From Nemertoderma westbladi (lineage: Eukaryota; Animalia; Xenacoelomorpha): a stretch of 64,000 nucleotides of DNA. This document shows, piece by piece, positions 22,719-36,900 of this stretch (its first letter is position 1; every line of letters begins with the position of its first letter). The stretch covers positions 1-64,000 of the forward strand of contig JAUCBJ010001978.1 in the NCBI GenBank assembly GCA_032718475.1, in the 5' to 3' direction. Under the pieces are notes generated by a model. The model saw only the letters and a program-made list of their open reading frames with translations, had not been told where the DNA came from and searched no databases. The position numbers and the translations under genes were made by a program.

Positions 22719-25700
22719 TACACCGCGCGTTGAACCGTTCCGTTGAATATGATAGTGTGGAAATACCTTTTAATAGGCCTAGTTAGAATTATCAATTAAA
22801 TGTTCACTAAATACAGTATTTTAACATACTCTTTCACAACTGTATTGCGCTGCAGTACCGGGTATGTCTGTATATAAATAATGCATGAACACCGAACGAA
22901 TATTAGTTAGTACCAGGACGGTTTAGCCAGATTTAATAAATCAATAAATGACAGGTGCATGTAATAAAGTGAATGTGGTTAATAAATAAAAACTACAGTA
23001 TAGGTGAATTGAATTGGTTTACTTTGCGAGAATATCGTGAGGTATGAAAGAGACGACAAGGGAGTCCCAACAAGGGAGTTACAACAAGGGAGTCCCAACA
23101 AGGGAATCCCAACAAGGGAGTCCCAACAAGAGAGTCCCAACAAGGGAGTCCCAACAGAGAGTCCCAACAAGGGAGTCCCAACAAGGGAGTCCCAACAAGG
23201 GAGTCCCAACAGAGAGTCCCAACAAGGGAGTCCCAACAAGGGAGTCCCAACAAGGGAGTCCCAACAGAGAGTTCCCAGGGAGTCCTAAGGGAGTCCCAAC
23301 AGGAGTCGCAACAAGGGAGTCCCAACAAGGGATCCCAACAAGGGAGTCCAAACAAGGGAGTCCCAACAAGGGAGTCCCAACAGAGAGTCCCAACAAGGGA
23401 GTCCCAACAAGGGAGTCCCAACAAGGGAGTCCTAACAGAGAGTTCCTGCAACGGAGTCCTAACAGAGAGTCCCAACAAGGGAGTTCCAACAAGGGAGTCC
23501 CAACAAGGGTGTCCCAACAAGGGAGTCCAAACAGAGAGTCCCACCAAGGGAGTCCCAACAAGGGAGTCACAACAAGGGAGTCCCAACAAGGGAGTCCCAA
23601 CAAGGGAGTCCCAACAAGGGAGTCCCAACAAGGAAGTCCCAACAAGGGAGTCCCAACAAGGGAGTCCCAACAAGGGAGTCCAAACAGAGAGTCACAACAA
23701 GGGAGTCCCAACAAGGGAGTCCCAACAAGGGAGTCTCAACAAGGGAGTCCCAACAGAGAGTCCCAACAAGGGAGTCACAACAAGGGAGTCCTAACAAGGG
23801 AGTCCCAACAAGGGAGTCCCAACAAGGGAGTCCCAACAAGGGAGTCACAACAAGGGAGTCCCAACAAGGGAGTCCCAACAAGGGAGTCCCAACAGAGAGT
23901 CCCAACAAGGGAGTCCCAACAGAGAGTCCCAACAAGGGAGTCCCAACAAGGGAGTCCCAACAAGGGAGTCCAAACAGAGAGTTCCAACAAGGGAGTCACA
24001 ATAAGGGAGTCCCAACAGAGAGTCGCAACAAGGGAGTCCCAACAAGGGAATCCCAACAAGGGAGTCCAAACAAGGGAGTCCCAACAAGGGAGTCCCAACA
24101 GAGAGTCCCAACAAGGGAGTCCCAACAAGGGAGTCCCAACAAGGGAGTCCTAACAGAGAGTTCCTTCAAGGGAGTCCTAACAGAGCGTCCCAACAAGGGA
24201 GTTCCAACAAGGGAGTCCCAACAAGGGTGTCCCAACAAGGGAGTCCAAACAGAGAGTCCCACCAAGGGAGTCCCAACAAGGGAGTCCCAACAGAGAGTGC
24301 CAACAAGGGAGTCCCAACAAGGGAGTCCCAACAGAGAGTCCCAACAAGGGAGTCCCAACAGAGAGTCCCAACAAGGGAGTCCCAACAAGGGAGTCCCAAC
24401 AAGGGAGTCCCAACAAGGGAGTCCCAACAAGGGAGTCGCAACAAGAGAGTCCCAAAAAGGGAGTCCCAACTAGGGAGTCCAAACAAGGGAGTCCCAACAA
24501 GGGAGTCCCAACAGAGAGTCCCAACAAGGGAGTCCCAACAAGGGAGTCCCAACAGAGAGTCCCAACAAGGGAATCCCAACAAGGGAGTCCCAACATGGGA
24601 GTCCCAACAAGGGAGTCCCATCAAGGGAGTCCCAACAAGGGAGTCCCAAAAAGGGAGTCCCAACAGAGAGTTCCAACAAGGGAGTCCCAACAAGGGAGTC
24701 CCAACAAGGGAGTCCCAACAAGGGAGTCCCAACAAGGGAATCCCAACAAGGGAGTCCCAACAGAGAGTCGCAACAAGGGAGTCCCAACAAGGGAATCCCA
24801 ACAAGGGAGTCCAAACAAGGGAGTCCCAACAAGGGAGTCCCAACAGAGAGTCCCAACAAGGGAGTCCCAACAAGGGAGTCCTAACAGAGAGTTCCTTCAA
24901 GGGAGTCCTAACAGAGAGTCCCAACAAGGGAGTTCCAACAAAGGAGTCCCAACAAGGGTGTCCCAACAAGGGAGTCCAAACAGAGAGTCCCACCAAGGGA
25001 GTCCCAACAAGGGAGTCCCAACAGAGAGTCCCAACAAGGGAGTCCCAACAAGGGAGTCCCAACAGAGAGTCCCAACAAGGGAGTCCCAACAGAGAGTCAC
25101 AACAAGGGAGTCCCAACAAGGGAGTCCCAACAAGGGAGTCCCAACAAGGGAGTCCCAACAAGGGAGTCCCAACAAGGGAGTCCAAACAGAGAGTCACAAC
25201 AAGGGAGTCCCAACAAGGGAGTCCCAACAAGGGAGTCTCAACAAGGGAGTCCCAACAGAGAGTCCCAACAAGGGAGTCACAACAAGGGAGTCCTAACAAG
25301 GGAGTCCCAACAAGGGAGTCCCAACAAGGGAGTCCCAACAAGGGAGTCCCAACAAGGGAGTCACAACAAGGGAGTCCCAACAAGGGAGTCCCAACAAGGG
25401 AGTCCCAACAGAGAGTCCCAACAAGGGAGTCCCAACAGAGAGTCCCAACAAGGGAGTCCCAACAAGGGAGTCCCAACAAGGGAGTCCAAACAGAGAGTTC
25501 CAACAAGGGAGTCACAATAAGGGAGTCCCAACAGAGAGTCGCAACAAGGGAGTCCCAACAAGGGAATCCCAACAAGGGAGTCCAAACAAGGGAGTCCCAA
25601 CAAGGGAGTCCCAACAGAGAGTCCCAACAAGGGAGTCCCAACAAGGGAGTCCCAACAAGGGAGTCCTAACAGAGAGTTCCTTCAAGGGAGTCCTAACAGA

Positions 25701-26938
25701 GCGTCCCAACAAGGGAGTTCCAACAAGGGAGTCCCAACAAGGGTGTCCCAACAAGGGAGTCCAAACAGAGAGTCCCACCAAGGGAGTCCCAACAAGGGAG
25801 TCCCAAAAGAGAGTGCCAACAAGGGAGTCCCAACAAGGGAGTCCCAACAGAGAGTCCCAACAAGGGAGTCCCAACAGAGAGTCCCAACAAGGGAGTCCCA
25901 ACAAGGGAGTCCCAACAAGGGAGTCCCAACAAGGGAGTCCCAACAAGGGAGTCGCAACAAGGGAGTCCCAACAAGGGAGTCCCTACTAGGGAGTCCAAAC
26001 AAGGGAGTCCCAACAAGGGAGTCCCAACAAGGGAGTCCCAACAGAGAGTCCCAACAAGGGAATCCCAACAAGGGAGTCCCAACAAGGGAGTCCCAACAAG
26101 GGAGTCCCAACAAGGGAATCCCAACAAGGGAGTCCCAACAGAGAGTCGCAACAAGGGAGTCCCAACAAGGGAATCCCAACAAGGGAGTCCCAACAAGGGA
26201 GTCCCAACAGAGAGTCCCAACAAGGGAGTCCCAACAAGGGAGTCCTAACAGAGAGTTCCTTCAAGGGAGTCCTAACAGAGAGTCCCAACAAGGGAGTTCC
26301 AACAAAGGAGTCCCAACAAGGGTGTCCCAACAAGGGAGTCCAAACAGAGAGTCCCACCAAGGGAGTCCCAACAAGGGAGTCCCAACAGAGAGTCCCAACA
26401 AGGGAGTCCCAACAAGGGAGTCCCAACAGAGAGTCCCAGCAAGGGAGTCCCAACAGAGAGTCACAACAAGGGAGTCCCAACAAGGGAGTCCCAACAAGGG
26501 AGTCCCAACAAGGGAGTCCCAACAAGGGAGTCGCAACAAGGTAGTCCCAACAAGGGAGTCCCAACTAGGGAGTCCCAACAAGGGAGTCCTAACAAGGGAG
26601 TCCCAACTAGAGAGTCCTAACAAGGGAGTCACAACAAGGGAGTCCCAACAAGGGAGTCCTAACAGAGAGTTCCTTCAAGGGAGTCCCAACAGAGAGTTCC
26701 TTCAACGGAGTCCCAACAGAGAGTCCCAACAAGGGAGTCCCAACAAGGGAATCCCAACAAGAGAGTCCAAACAAGGGAGTCCCAACAAGGGAGTCAACAA
26801 CAAGGGAGTCCCAACAAGGGAGTCCAAACAAGGGAGTCCCAACAAGGGAGTCCCGACAGAGAGTCCCAACAAGGGAGTCCCAACAAGGGAGTCCCAACAG
26901 AGAGTCCCAACAAGGGAATCCCAACAAGGGAGTCCCAA

Positions 26939-27479
26939 TGTTAGCTTATTCAATTCCGCTAACACCCCACAAAGTAAGCCGTTAAGCAATATTGGGGGCC
27001 ACGAGGTTGATTACCCAACAACTCGTGTCACCCCAACAAAGTGGGAAGGAGAAACACACAATAGGGGTCAGGGGCCATACCCCTGACAGAGAGAGCAAGG
27101 GCGAAGGGAAGCACTTCAGAGGGGGGCAAAGGGTGACAAGTAGGATATTAGCCAATAGGGGGGAAGCATCGACTGGGTACAGTAACAACGGCCAAACCGT
27201 GCAATATATATTACCGGTCGATGCAACATTCATTCAGTTTACTCAGTCAGTTCAGTAGCGTGGAACGGTGACTTCTATCACCGTCCGCTACCGCCATCAC
27301 ATGTAATACTTATCTACCGGTAACCGTATCATCCATTCAACTGTGCTATATCAACTATATTATACCTTTATACATATTACCGAACATCAGAACTCTTAAC
27401 GAACCTTTTCATATACACGGCGGGGACGCGTAGATAGAAAACCCAAACGGATAAATCGGGATCCGTAGATCCCGTCACA
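26939..27479 (+). mobile_element. Solo LTR (541 bp), sister family of the 12570-19572 element
   Basis: TGTTAGCTTATTCAATTCCGCTAACA...GATCCCGTCACA. 5-bp TSD CCCAA at 26934-26938 and 27480-27484. Colinear with, but diverged from, the element LTRs. Confidence 0.95.
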
Positions 27480-30366
27480 CCCAACAAGGGAGTCCCAACA
27501 AGGGAGTCCCAACAAGGGAGTTCAACAAGGGAGTCCCAACAAGGGAGTCCCAACAAGGGAGTCCCAACAGAGAGTTCCAACAAGGGAGTCCCAACAAGGG
27601 AGTCACAACAAGGGAGTCCCAACAAGGGAGTTCTAACAGAGAGTTCCAACAAGGGAGTCCCAACAAGGGAGTCCCAACAAGGGAGTCCCAACAGAGAGTC
27701 CCAACAAGGGAGTCCCAACAGAGAGTCCCAACAAGGGAATCCCAACAAGGGAGTCCCAACAAGGGAGTCCCAACAAGGGAGTCCCAACAAGGGAGTCCCA
27801 ACAAGGGAGTTGCAACAAGGGAGTCCCAACAAGGGAGTCCCAACTAGGGAGTCCCAACAAGGGAGTCCCAAGAAGGGAGTCCCAACTAGGGAGTCCCAAC
27901 AATGGAGTCCCAACAAGGGAGTCCCAACATAGAGTCCCAACAAGGGAGTCCCAACAAGGCAGTCACAATAAGGGAGTCCCAACAGAGAGTCCCAACAAGG
28001 GAGTCCCAACAAGGGAGTCCCAACAGAGAGTCCCAACAAGGGAGTCCCAACAGAGAGTCCCAACAAGCGAGTCCCAACAAGGGAGTCCCAACAGAGATTC
28101 CCAACAAGGGAGTCCCAACAAGGGAGTCCCAACAAGGGAGTTCCAACAAGGGAGTCCCAACAAGGGAGTCCCAACAGAGAGTTCCAACAAGGGAGTCCCA
28201 ACAAGGGAGTCACAACAAGGGAGTCCCAACAAGGGAGTCCTAACAGAGAGTTCCTTCAAGGGAGTCCTAACAGAGAGTCCCAACAAGGGAGTTCCAACAA
28301 AGGAGTCCCAACAAGGGTGTCCCAACAAGGGAGTCCAAACAGAGAGTCCCACCAAGGGAGTCCCAACAAGGGAGTCCCAACAGAGAGTCCCAACAAGGGA
28401 GTCCCAACAAGGGAGTCCCAACAGAGAGTCCCAACAAGGGAGACCCAACAGAGAGTCACAACAAGGGAGTCCCAACAAGAGAGTCCCAACAAGGGAGTCC
28501 CAACAAGGGAGTCCCAACAAGGGAGTCCCAACAAGGGAGTCCAAACAGAGAGTCACAACAAGGGAGTCCCAACAAGGGAGTCCCAACAAGGGAGTCTCAA
28601 CAAGGGAGTCCCAACAGAGAGTCCCAACAAGGGAGTCACAACAAGGGAGTCCTAACAAGGGAGTCCCAACAAGGGAGTCCCAACAAGGGAGTCCCAACAA
28701 GGGAATCCCAACAAGGGAGTCACAACAAGGGAGTCCCAACAAGGGAGTCCCAACAAGGGAGTCCCAACAGAGAGTCCCAACAAGGGAGTCCCAACAGAGA
28801 GTCCCAACAAGGGAGTCCCAACAAGGGAGTCCCAACAAGGGAGTCCAAACAGAGAGTTCCAACAAGGGAGTCACAATAAGGGAGTCCCAACAGAGAGTCG
28901 CAACAAGGGAGTCCCAACAAGGGAATCCCAACAAGGGAGTCCAAACAAGGGAGTCCCAACAAGGGAGTCCCAACAGAGAGTCCCAACAAGGGAGTCCCAA
29001 CAAGGGAGTCCCAACAAGGGAGTCCTAACAGAGAGTTCCTTCAAGGGAGTCCTAACAGAGCGTCCCAACAAGGGAGTTCCAACAAGGGAGTCCCAACAAG
29101 GGTGTCCCAACAAGGGAGTCCAAACAGAGAGTCCCACCAAGGGAGTCCCAACAAGGGAGTCCCAAAAGAGAGTGCCAACAAGGGAGTCCCAACAAGGGAG
29201 TCCCAACAGAGAGTCCCAACAAGGGAGTCCCAACAGAGAGTCCCAACAAGGGAGTCCCAACAAGGGAGTCCCAACAAGGGAGTCCCAACAAGGGAGTCCC
29301 AACAAGGGAGTCGCAACAAGGGAGTCCCAACAAGGGAGTCCCAACTAGGGAGTCCAAACAAGGGAGTCCCAACAAGGGAGTCCCAACAGAGAGTCCCAAC
29401 AAGGGAGTCCCAACAAGGGAGTCCCAACAGAGAGTCCCAACAAGGGAATCCCAACAAGGGAGTCCCAACATGGGAGTCCCAACAAGGGAGTCCCATCAAG
29501 GGAGTCCCAACAAGGGAGTCCCAACAAGGGAGTCCCAACAAGGGAATCCCAACAAGGGAGTCCCAACAGAGAGTCGCAACAAGGGAGTCCCAACAAGGGA
29601 ATCCCAACAAGGGAGTCCCAACAAGGGAGTCCCAACAGAGAGTCCCAACAAGGGAGTCCCAACAAGGGAGTCCTAACAGAGAGTTCCTTCAAGGGAGTCC
29701 TAACAGAGAGTCCCAACAAGGGAGTTCCAACAAAGGAGTCCCAACAAGGGTGTCCCAACAAGGGAGTCCAAACAGAGAGTCCCACCAAGGGAGTCCCAAC
29801 AAGGGAGTCCCAACAGAGAGTCCCAACAAGGGAGTCCCAACAAGGGAGTCCCAACAGAGAGTCCCAGCAAGGGAGTCCCAACAGAGAGTCACAACAAGGG
29901 AGTCCCAACAAGGGAGTCCCAACAAGGGAGTCCCAACAAGGGAGTCCCAACAAGGGAGTCGCAACAAGGTAGTCCCAACAAGGGAGTCCCAACTAGGGAG
30001 TCCCAACAAGGGAGTCCTAACAAGGGAGTCCCAACTAGAGAGTCCTAACAAGGGAGTCACAACAAGGGAGTCCCAACAAGGGAGTCCTAACAGAGAGTTC
30101 CTTCAAGGGAGTCCCAACAGAGAGTTCCTTCAACGGAGTCCCAACAGAGAGTCCCAACAAGGGAGTCCCAACAAGGGAATCCCAACAAGAGAGTCCAAAC
30201 AAGGGAGTCCCAACAAGGGAGTCAACAACAAGGGAGTCCCAACAAGGGAGTCCAAACAAGGGAGTCCCAACAAGGGAGTCCCGACAGAGAGTCCCAACAA
30301 GGGAGTCCCAACAAGGGAGTCCCAACAGAGAGTCCCAACAAGGGAATCCCAACAAGGGAGTCCCAA

Positions 30367-30912
30367 TGTTAGCTTATTCAATTCCGCTAACACCCCACAA
30401 AGTAAGCCGTTAAGCAATATTGGGGGCCACGAGGTTGATTACCCAACAACTCGTGTCACCCCAACAAAGTGGGAAGGAGAAACACACAATAGGGGTCAGG
30501 GGCCATACCCCTGACAGAGAGAGAATAGCAAGGGCGAAGGGAAGCACTTCAGAGGGGGGCAAAGGGTGACAAGTAGGATATTAGCCAATAGGGGGGAAGC
30601 ATCGACTGGGTACAGTAACAACGGCCAAACCGTGCAATATATATTACCGGTCGATGCAACATTCATTCAGTTTACTCAGTCAGTTCAGTAGCGTGGAACG
30701 GTGACTTCTATCACCGTCCGCTACCGCCATCACATGTAATACTTATCTACCGGTAACCGTATCATCCATTCAACTGTGCTATATCAACTATATTATACCT
30801 TTATACATATTACCGAACATCAGAACTCTTAACGAACCTTTTCATATACACGGCGGGGACGCGTAGATAGAAAACCCAAACGGATAAATCGGGATCCGTA
30901 GATCCCGTCACA
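30367..30912 (+). mobile_element. Solo LTR, duplicate of 26939-27479 (546 bp)
   Basis: Same TSD and same flanking satellite variants. Differs by a 5-bp insertion near 30524. Confidence 0.95.
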
Positions 30913-33900
30913 CCCAACAAGGGAGTCCCAACAAGGGAGTCCCAACAAGGGAGTTCAACAAGGGAGTCCCAACAAGGGAGTCCCAACAAGGGAGTCCCAA
31001 CAGAGAGTTCCAACAAGGGAGTCCCAACAAGGGAGTCACAACAAGGGAGTCCCAACAAGGGAGTTCTAACAGAGAGTTCCAACAAGGGAGTCCCAACAAG
31101 GGAGTCCCAACAAGGGAGTCCCAACAGAGAGTCCCAACAAGGGAGTCCCAACAGAGAGTCCCAACAAGGGAATCCCAACAAGGGAGTCCCAACAAGGGAG
31201 TCCCAACAAGGGAGTCCCAACAAGGGAGTCCCAACAAGGGAGTTGCAACAAGGGAGTCCCAACAAGGGAGTCCCAACTAGGGAGTCCCAACAAGGGAGTC
31301 CCAAGAAGGGAGTCCCAACTAGGGAGTCCCAACAATGGAGTCCCAACAAGGGAGTCCCAACATAGAGTCCCAACAAGGGAGTCCCAACAAGGGAGTCACA
31401 ATAAGGGAGTCCCAACAGAGAGTCCCAACAAGGGAGTCCCAACAAGGGAGTCCCAACAGAGAGTCCCAACAAGGGAGTCCCAACAGAGAGTCCCAACAAG
31501 CGAGTCCCAACAAGGGAGTCCCAACAGAGATTCCCAACAAGGGAGTCCCAACAAGGGAGTCCCAACAAGGGAGTTCCAACAAGGGAGTCCCAACAAGGGA
31601 GTCCCAACAGAGAGTTCCAACAAGGGAGTCCCAACAAGGGAGTCACAACAAGGGAGTCCCAACAAGAGAGTCCCAACAGAGAGTTCCTTCAAGGGAGTCC
31701 TAACAGAGAGTCCCAACAAGGGAGTCCCAACAAGGGAGTCCCAACAAGGGAGTCCCAACAAGGGAGTCCCAACAAGGGAGTCACAATAAGGGAGTCCCAT
31801 CAAGGGAATCCCAACAGAGAGTTCCTTCAAGGGAGTCCCTATAGAGAGTCCCAACACGGGAGTCCCAACAAGGGAATCCCAACAAGGGAGTCCAAACAAG
31901 GGAGTCCCAACAGAGAGTCCCAACAAGGGAGTCCCAACAAGGGAGTCCCAACAAGGGAGTCCCAACAAGGGAGACCAAACAAGGGAGTCCCAACAAGGGA
32001 GTTCCAACAAGGGAGTCCCAACAAGGGAGTCCCAACAGAGAGTTCCAACAAGGGAGTCCCAACAAGGGAGTCACAACAAGGGAGTCCCAACAAGAGAGTC
32101 CCAACAGAGAGTTCCTTCAAGGGAGTCCTAACAGAGAGTCCCAACAAGGGAGTCCCAACAAGGGAGTCCCTACAAGGGAGTCCCAACAAGGGAGTCCCAA
32201 CAAGGGAGTCACAATAAGGGAGTCCCAACAAGGGAATCCCAACAGAGAGTTCCTTCAAGGGAGTCCCTATAGAGAGTCCCAACACGGGAGTCCCAACAAG
32301 GGAATCCCAACAAGGGAGTCCAAACAAGGGAGTCCCAACAGAGAGTCCCAACAAGGGAGTCCCAACAAGGGAGTCCCAACAAGGGAGTCCCAACAAGGGA
32401 GTCACAATAAGGGAGTCCCAACAAGGGAGTCCCAACAGAGAGTTCCTTCAAGGGAGTCCCACTAGAGAGTCCCAACAAGGGAGTCCCAACAAGGGAATCC
32501 CAACAAGGGAGACCAAACAAGGGAGTCCCAACAAGGGAGTCACAACAGAGAGTCCCAACAAGGGAGTCCCAACAAGGGAGTCCCAACAGAGAGTCCCAAC
32601 AAGGGAATCCCAACAAGCGAGTCCCTACAAGGGAGTCCCAACAAGGGAGTCACAATAAGGGAGTCCCAACAAGGGAGTCCCAACAGAGAGTTCCTTCAAG
32701 GGAGTCCCAACAGAGAGTCCCAACAAGGGAGTCCCAACAAGGGAATCCCAACAAGGGAGTCCAAACAAGGGAGTCCCAACAGAGAGTCCCAACAAGGGAG
32801 TCCCAACAAGGGAGTCCCAACAAGGGAGTCCCAACAAGGGAGTCACAATAAGGGATTCCCAACAAGCGAGTCCCAACAGAGAGTTCCTTCAAGGGAGTCC
32901 CACTAGAGAGTCCCAACAAGGGAGTCCCAACAAGGGAATCCCAACAAGGGAGACCAAACAAGGGAGTCCCAACAAGGGAGTCACAACAGAGAGTCCCAAC
33001 AAGGGAGTCCCAACAAGGGAGTCCCAACAGAGAGTCCCAACAAGGGAATCCCAACAAGGGAGTCCCAACAGAGAGTCCCAACAAGGGAATCCCAACAAGG
33101 GAGTCCCTACAAGGGAGTCCCAACAAGGGAGTCACAATAAGGGAGTCCCAACAAGGGAGTCCCAACAGAGAGTTCCTTCAAGGGAGTCCCAACAGAGAGT
33201 CCCAACAAGGGAGTCCCAACAAGGGAATCCCAACAAGGGAGTCTAAACAAGGGAGTCCCAACAAGGGAGTCCCAACAGAGAGTTCCAACAAGGGAGTCCC
33301 AACAAGGGAGTCACAACAAGGGAGTCCCAACAAGGGAGTAACAACAGAGAGTTCCTTCAAGGGAGTCCTAACAGAGAGTCCCAACAAGGGAGTTCCAACA
33401 AGGGAGTCCCAACAAGGGTGTCCCAACAAGGGAGTCCAAACAGAGAGTCCCAGCAAGGGAGTCCCAACAAGGGAGTCCCAACCGAGAGTCCCAACAAGGG
33501 AGTCCCAACAAGGGAGTCCCAACAAGGGAGTCCCAACAGAGAGTCCCAACAAGGGAGTCCCAACAGGGAGTCCCAACAGAGAGTCCCAACAAGGGAGTCC
33601 CAACAAGGAAGTCCCAACAAGGGAGTCCCAACAAGGGAGTCCCAACAAGGGAGTCCCAACAAGGGAGTCGCAACAAGGGGGTCCCAACAAGTGAGTCCCA
33701 ACTAGGGAGTCCCAACAAGGGAGTCCCAACAGAGAGTCCCAACAAGGGAATCCCAACAAGGGAGTCCCAACAAGGGAGTCCCAACAAGGGAGTCCCAACA
33801 AGGGAGTCCCAACAAGGGAGTTGCAACAAGGGAGTCCCAACAAGGGAGTCCCAACTAGGGAGTCCCAACAAGGGAGTCCCAACAAGGGAGTCCCAACTAG

Positions 33901-36900
33901 GGAGTCCCAACAAGGGAGTCCCAACAAGGGAGTCCCAACAGAGAGTCCCAACAAGGGAGTCCCAACAGAGAGTTCCTTCAAGGGAGTCCTAACAGAGAGT
34001 CCCAACAAGGGAGTCCCAACAAGGGAGTCACAATAAGGGAGTCCCAACAAGGGAGTCCCAACAGAGAGTTCCTTCAAGGGAGTCTCAACAGAGAGTCCCA
34101 ACAAGGGAGTCCCAACAAGGGAATCCCAACAAGGGAGTCCAAACAAGGGAGTCCCAACAGAGAGTCCCAACAAGGGAGTCCCAACAAGGGAGTCCCAACA
34201 AGGGAGTCCGAACAAGGGAGTCCCAACAAGGGAGTCACAATAAGGGAGTCCCAACAAGGGAGTCCCAACAGAGAGTTCCTTCAAGGGAGTCCCAACAGAG
34301 AGTCCCAACAAGGGAGTCCCAACAAGGGAATCCCAACAAGGGAGTCCAAACAAGGGAGTCCCAACAAGGGAATCCCAACAGAGAGTTCCTTCAAGGGAGT
34401 CCCTATAGAGAGTCCCAACACGGGAGTCCCAACAAGGGAATCCCAACAAGGGAGTCCAAACAAGGGAGTCCCAACAGAGAGTCCCAACAAGGGAGTCCCA
34501 ACAAGGGAGTCCCAACAAGGGAGTCCCAACAAGGGAGTCACAATAAGGGAGTCCCAACAAGGGAGTCCCAACAGAGAGTTCCTTCAAGGGAGTCCCACTA
34601 GAGAGTCCCAACAAGGGAGTCCCAACAAGGGAATCCCAACAAGGGAGACCAAACAAGGGAGTCCCAACAAGGGAGTCACAACAGAGAGTCCCAACAAGGG
34701 AGTCCCAACAAGGGAGTCCCAACAGAGAGTCCCAACAAGGGAATCCCAACAAGCGAGTCCCTACAAGGGAGTCCCAACAAGGGAGTCACAATAAGGGAGT
34801 CCCAACAAGGGAGTCCCAACAGAGAGTTCCTTCAAGGGAGTCCCAACAGAGAGTCCCAACAAGGGAGTCCCAACAAGGGAATCCCAACAAGGGAGTCCAA
34901 ACAAGGGAGTCCCAACAAGGGAGTCCCAACAGAGAGTCCCAACAAGGGAGTCCCAACAAGGGAATCCCAACAAGGGAGTCCAAACAAGGGAGTCCCAACA
35001 GAGAGTCCCAACAAGGGAGTCCCAACAAGGGAGTCCCAACAAGGGAGTCCCAACAAGGGAGTCACAATAAGGGATTCCCAACAAGCGAGTCCCAACAGAG
35101 AGTTCCTTCAAGGGAGTCCCACTAGAGAGTCCCAACAAGGGAGTCCCAACAAGGGAATCCCAACAAGGGAGACCAAACAAGGGAGTCCCAACAAGGGAGT
35201 CACAACAGAGAGTCCCAACAAGGGAGTCCCAACAAGGGAGTCCCAACAGAGAGTCCCAACAAGGGAATCCCAACAAGGGAGTCCCAACAGAGAGTCCCAA
35301 CAAGGGAATCCCAACAAGGGAGTCCCTACAAGGGAGTCCCAACAAGGGAGTCACAATAAGGGAGTCCCAACAAGGGAGTCCCAACAGAGAGTTCCTTCAA
35401 GGGAGTCCCAACAGAGAGTCCCAACAAGGGAGTCCCAACAAGGGAATCCCAACAAGGGAGTCTAAACAAGGGAGTCCCAACAAGGGAGTCCCAACAGAGA
35501 GTTCCAACAAGGGAGTCCCAACAAGGGAGTCACAACAAGGGAGTCCCAACAAGGGAGTAACAACAGAGAGTTCCTTCAAGGGAGTCCTAACAGAGAGTCC
35601 CAACAAGGGAGTTCCAACAAGGGAGTCCCAACAAGGGTGTCCCAACAAGGGAGTCCAAACAGAGAGTCCCAGCAAGGGAGTCCCAACAAGGGAGTCCCAA
35701 CCGAGAGTCCCAACAAGGGAGTCCCAACAAGGGAGTCCCAACAAGGGAGTCCCAACAGAGAGTCCCAACAAGGGAGTCCCAACAGGGAGTCCCAACAGAG
35801 AGTCCCAACAAGGGAGTCCCAACAAGGAAGTCCCAACAAGGGAGTCCCAACAAGGGAGTCCCAACAAGGGAGTCCCAACAAGGGAGTCGCAACAAGGGGG
35901 TCCCAACAAGTGAGTCCCAACTAGGGAGTCCCAACAAGGGAGTCCCAACAGAGAGTCCCAACAAGGGAATCCCAACAAGGGAGTCCCAACAAGGGAGTCC
36001 CAACAAGGGAGTCCCAACAAGGGAGTCCCAACAAGGGAGTTGCAACAAGGGAGTCCCAACAAGGGAGTCCCAACTAGGGAGTCCCAACAAGGGAGTCCCA
36101 ACAAGGGAGTCCCAACTAGGGAGTCCCAACAAGGGAGTCCCAACAAGGGAGTCCCAACAGAGAGTCCCAACAAGGGAGTCCCAACAGAGAGTTCCTTCAA
36201 GGGAGTCCTAACAGAGAGTCCCAACAAGGGAGTCCCAACAAGGGAGTCACAATAAGGGAGTCCCAACAAGGGAGTCCCAACAGAGAGTTCCTTCAAGGGA
36301 GTCTCAACAGAGAGTCCCAACAAGGGAGTCCCAACAAGGGAATCCCAACAAGGGAGTCCAAACAAGGGAGTCCCAACAGAGAGTCCCAACAAGGGAGTCC
36401 CAACAAGGGAGTCCCAACAAGGGAGTCCGAACAAGGGAGTCCCAACAAGGGAGTCACAATAAGGGAGTCCCAACAAGGGAGTCCCAACAGAGAGTTCCTT
36501 CAAGGGAGTCCCAACAGAGAGTCCCAACAAGGGAGTCCCAACAAGGGAATCCCAACAAGGGAGTCCAAACAAGGGAGTCCCAACAAGGGAATCCCAACAG
36601 AGAGTTCCTTCAAGGGAGTCCCTATAGAGAGTCCCAACACGGGAGTCCCAACAAGGGAATCCCAACAAGGGAGTCCAAACAAGGGAGTCCCAACAGAGAG
36701 TCCCAACAAGGGAGTCCCAACAAGGGAGTCCCAACAAGGGAGTCCCAACAAGGGAGTCACAATAAGGGAGTCCCAACAAGGGAGTCCCAACAGAGAGTTC
36801 CTTCAAGGGAGTCCCACTAGAGAGTCCCAACAAGGGAGTCCCAACAAGGGAATCCCAACAAGGGAGACCAAACAAGGGAGTCCCAACAAGGGAGTCACAA

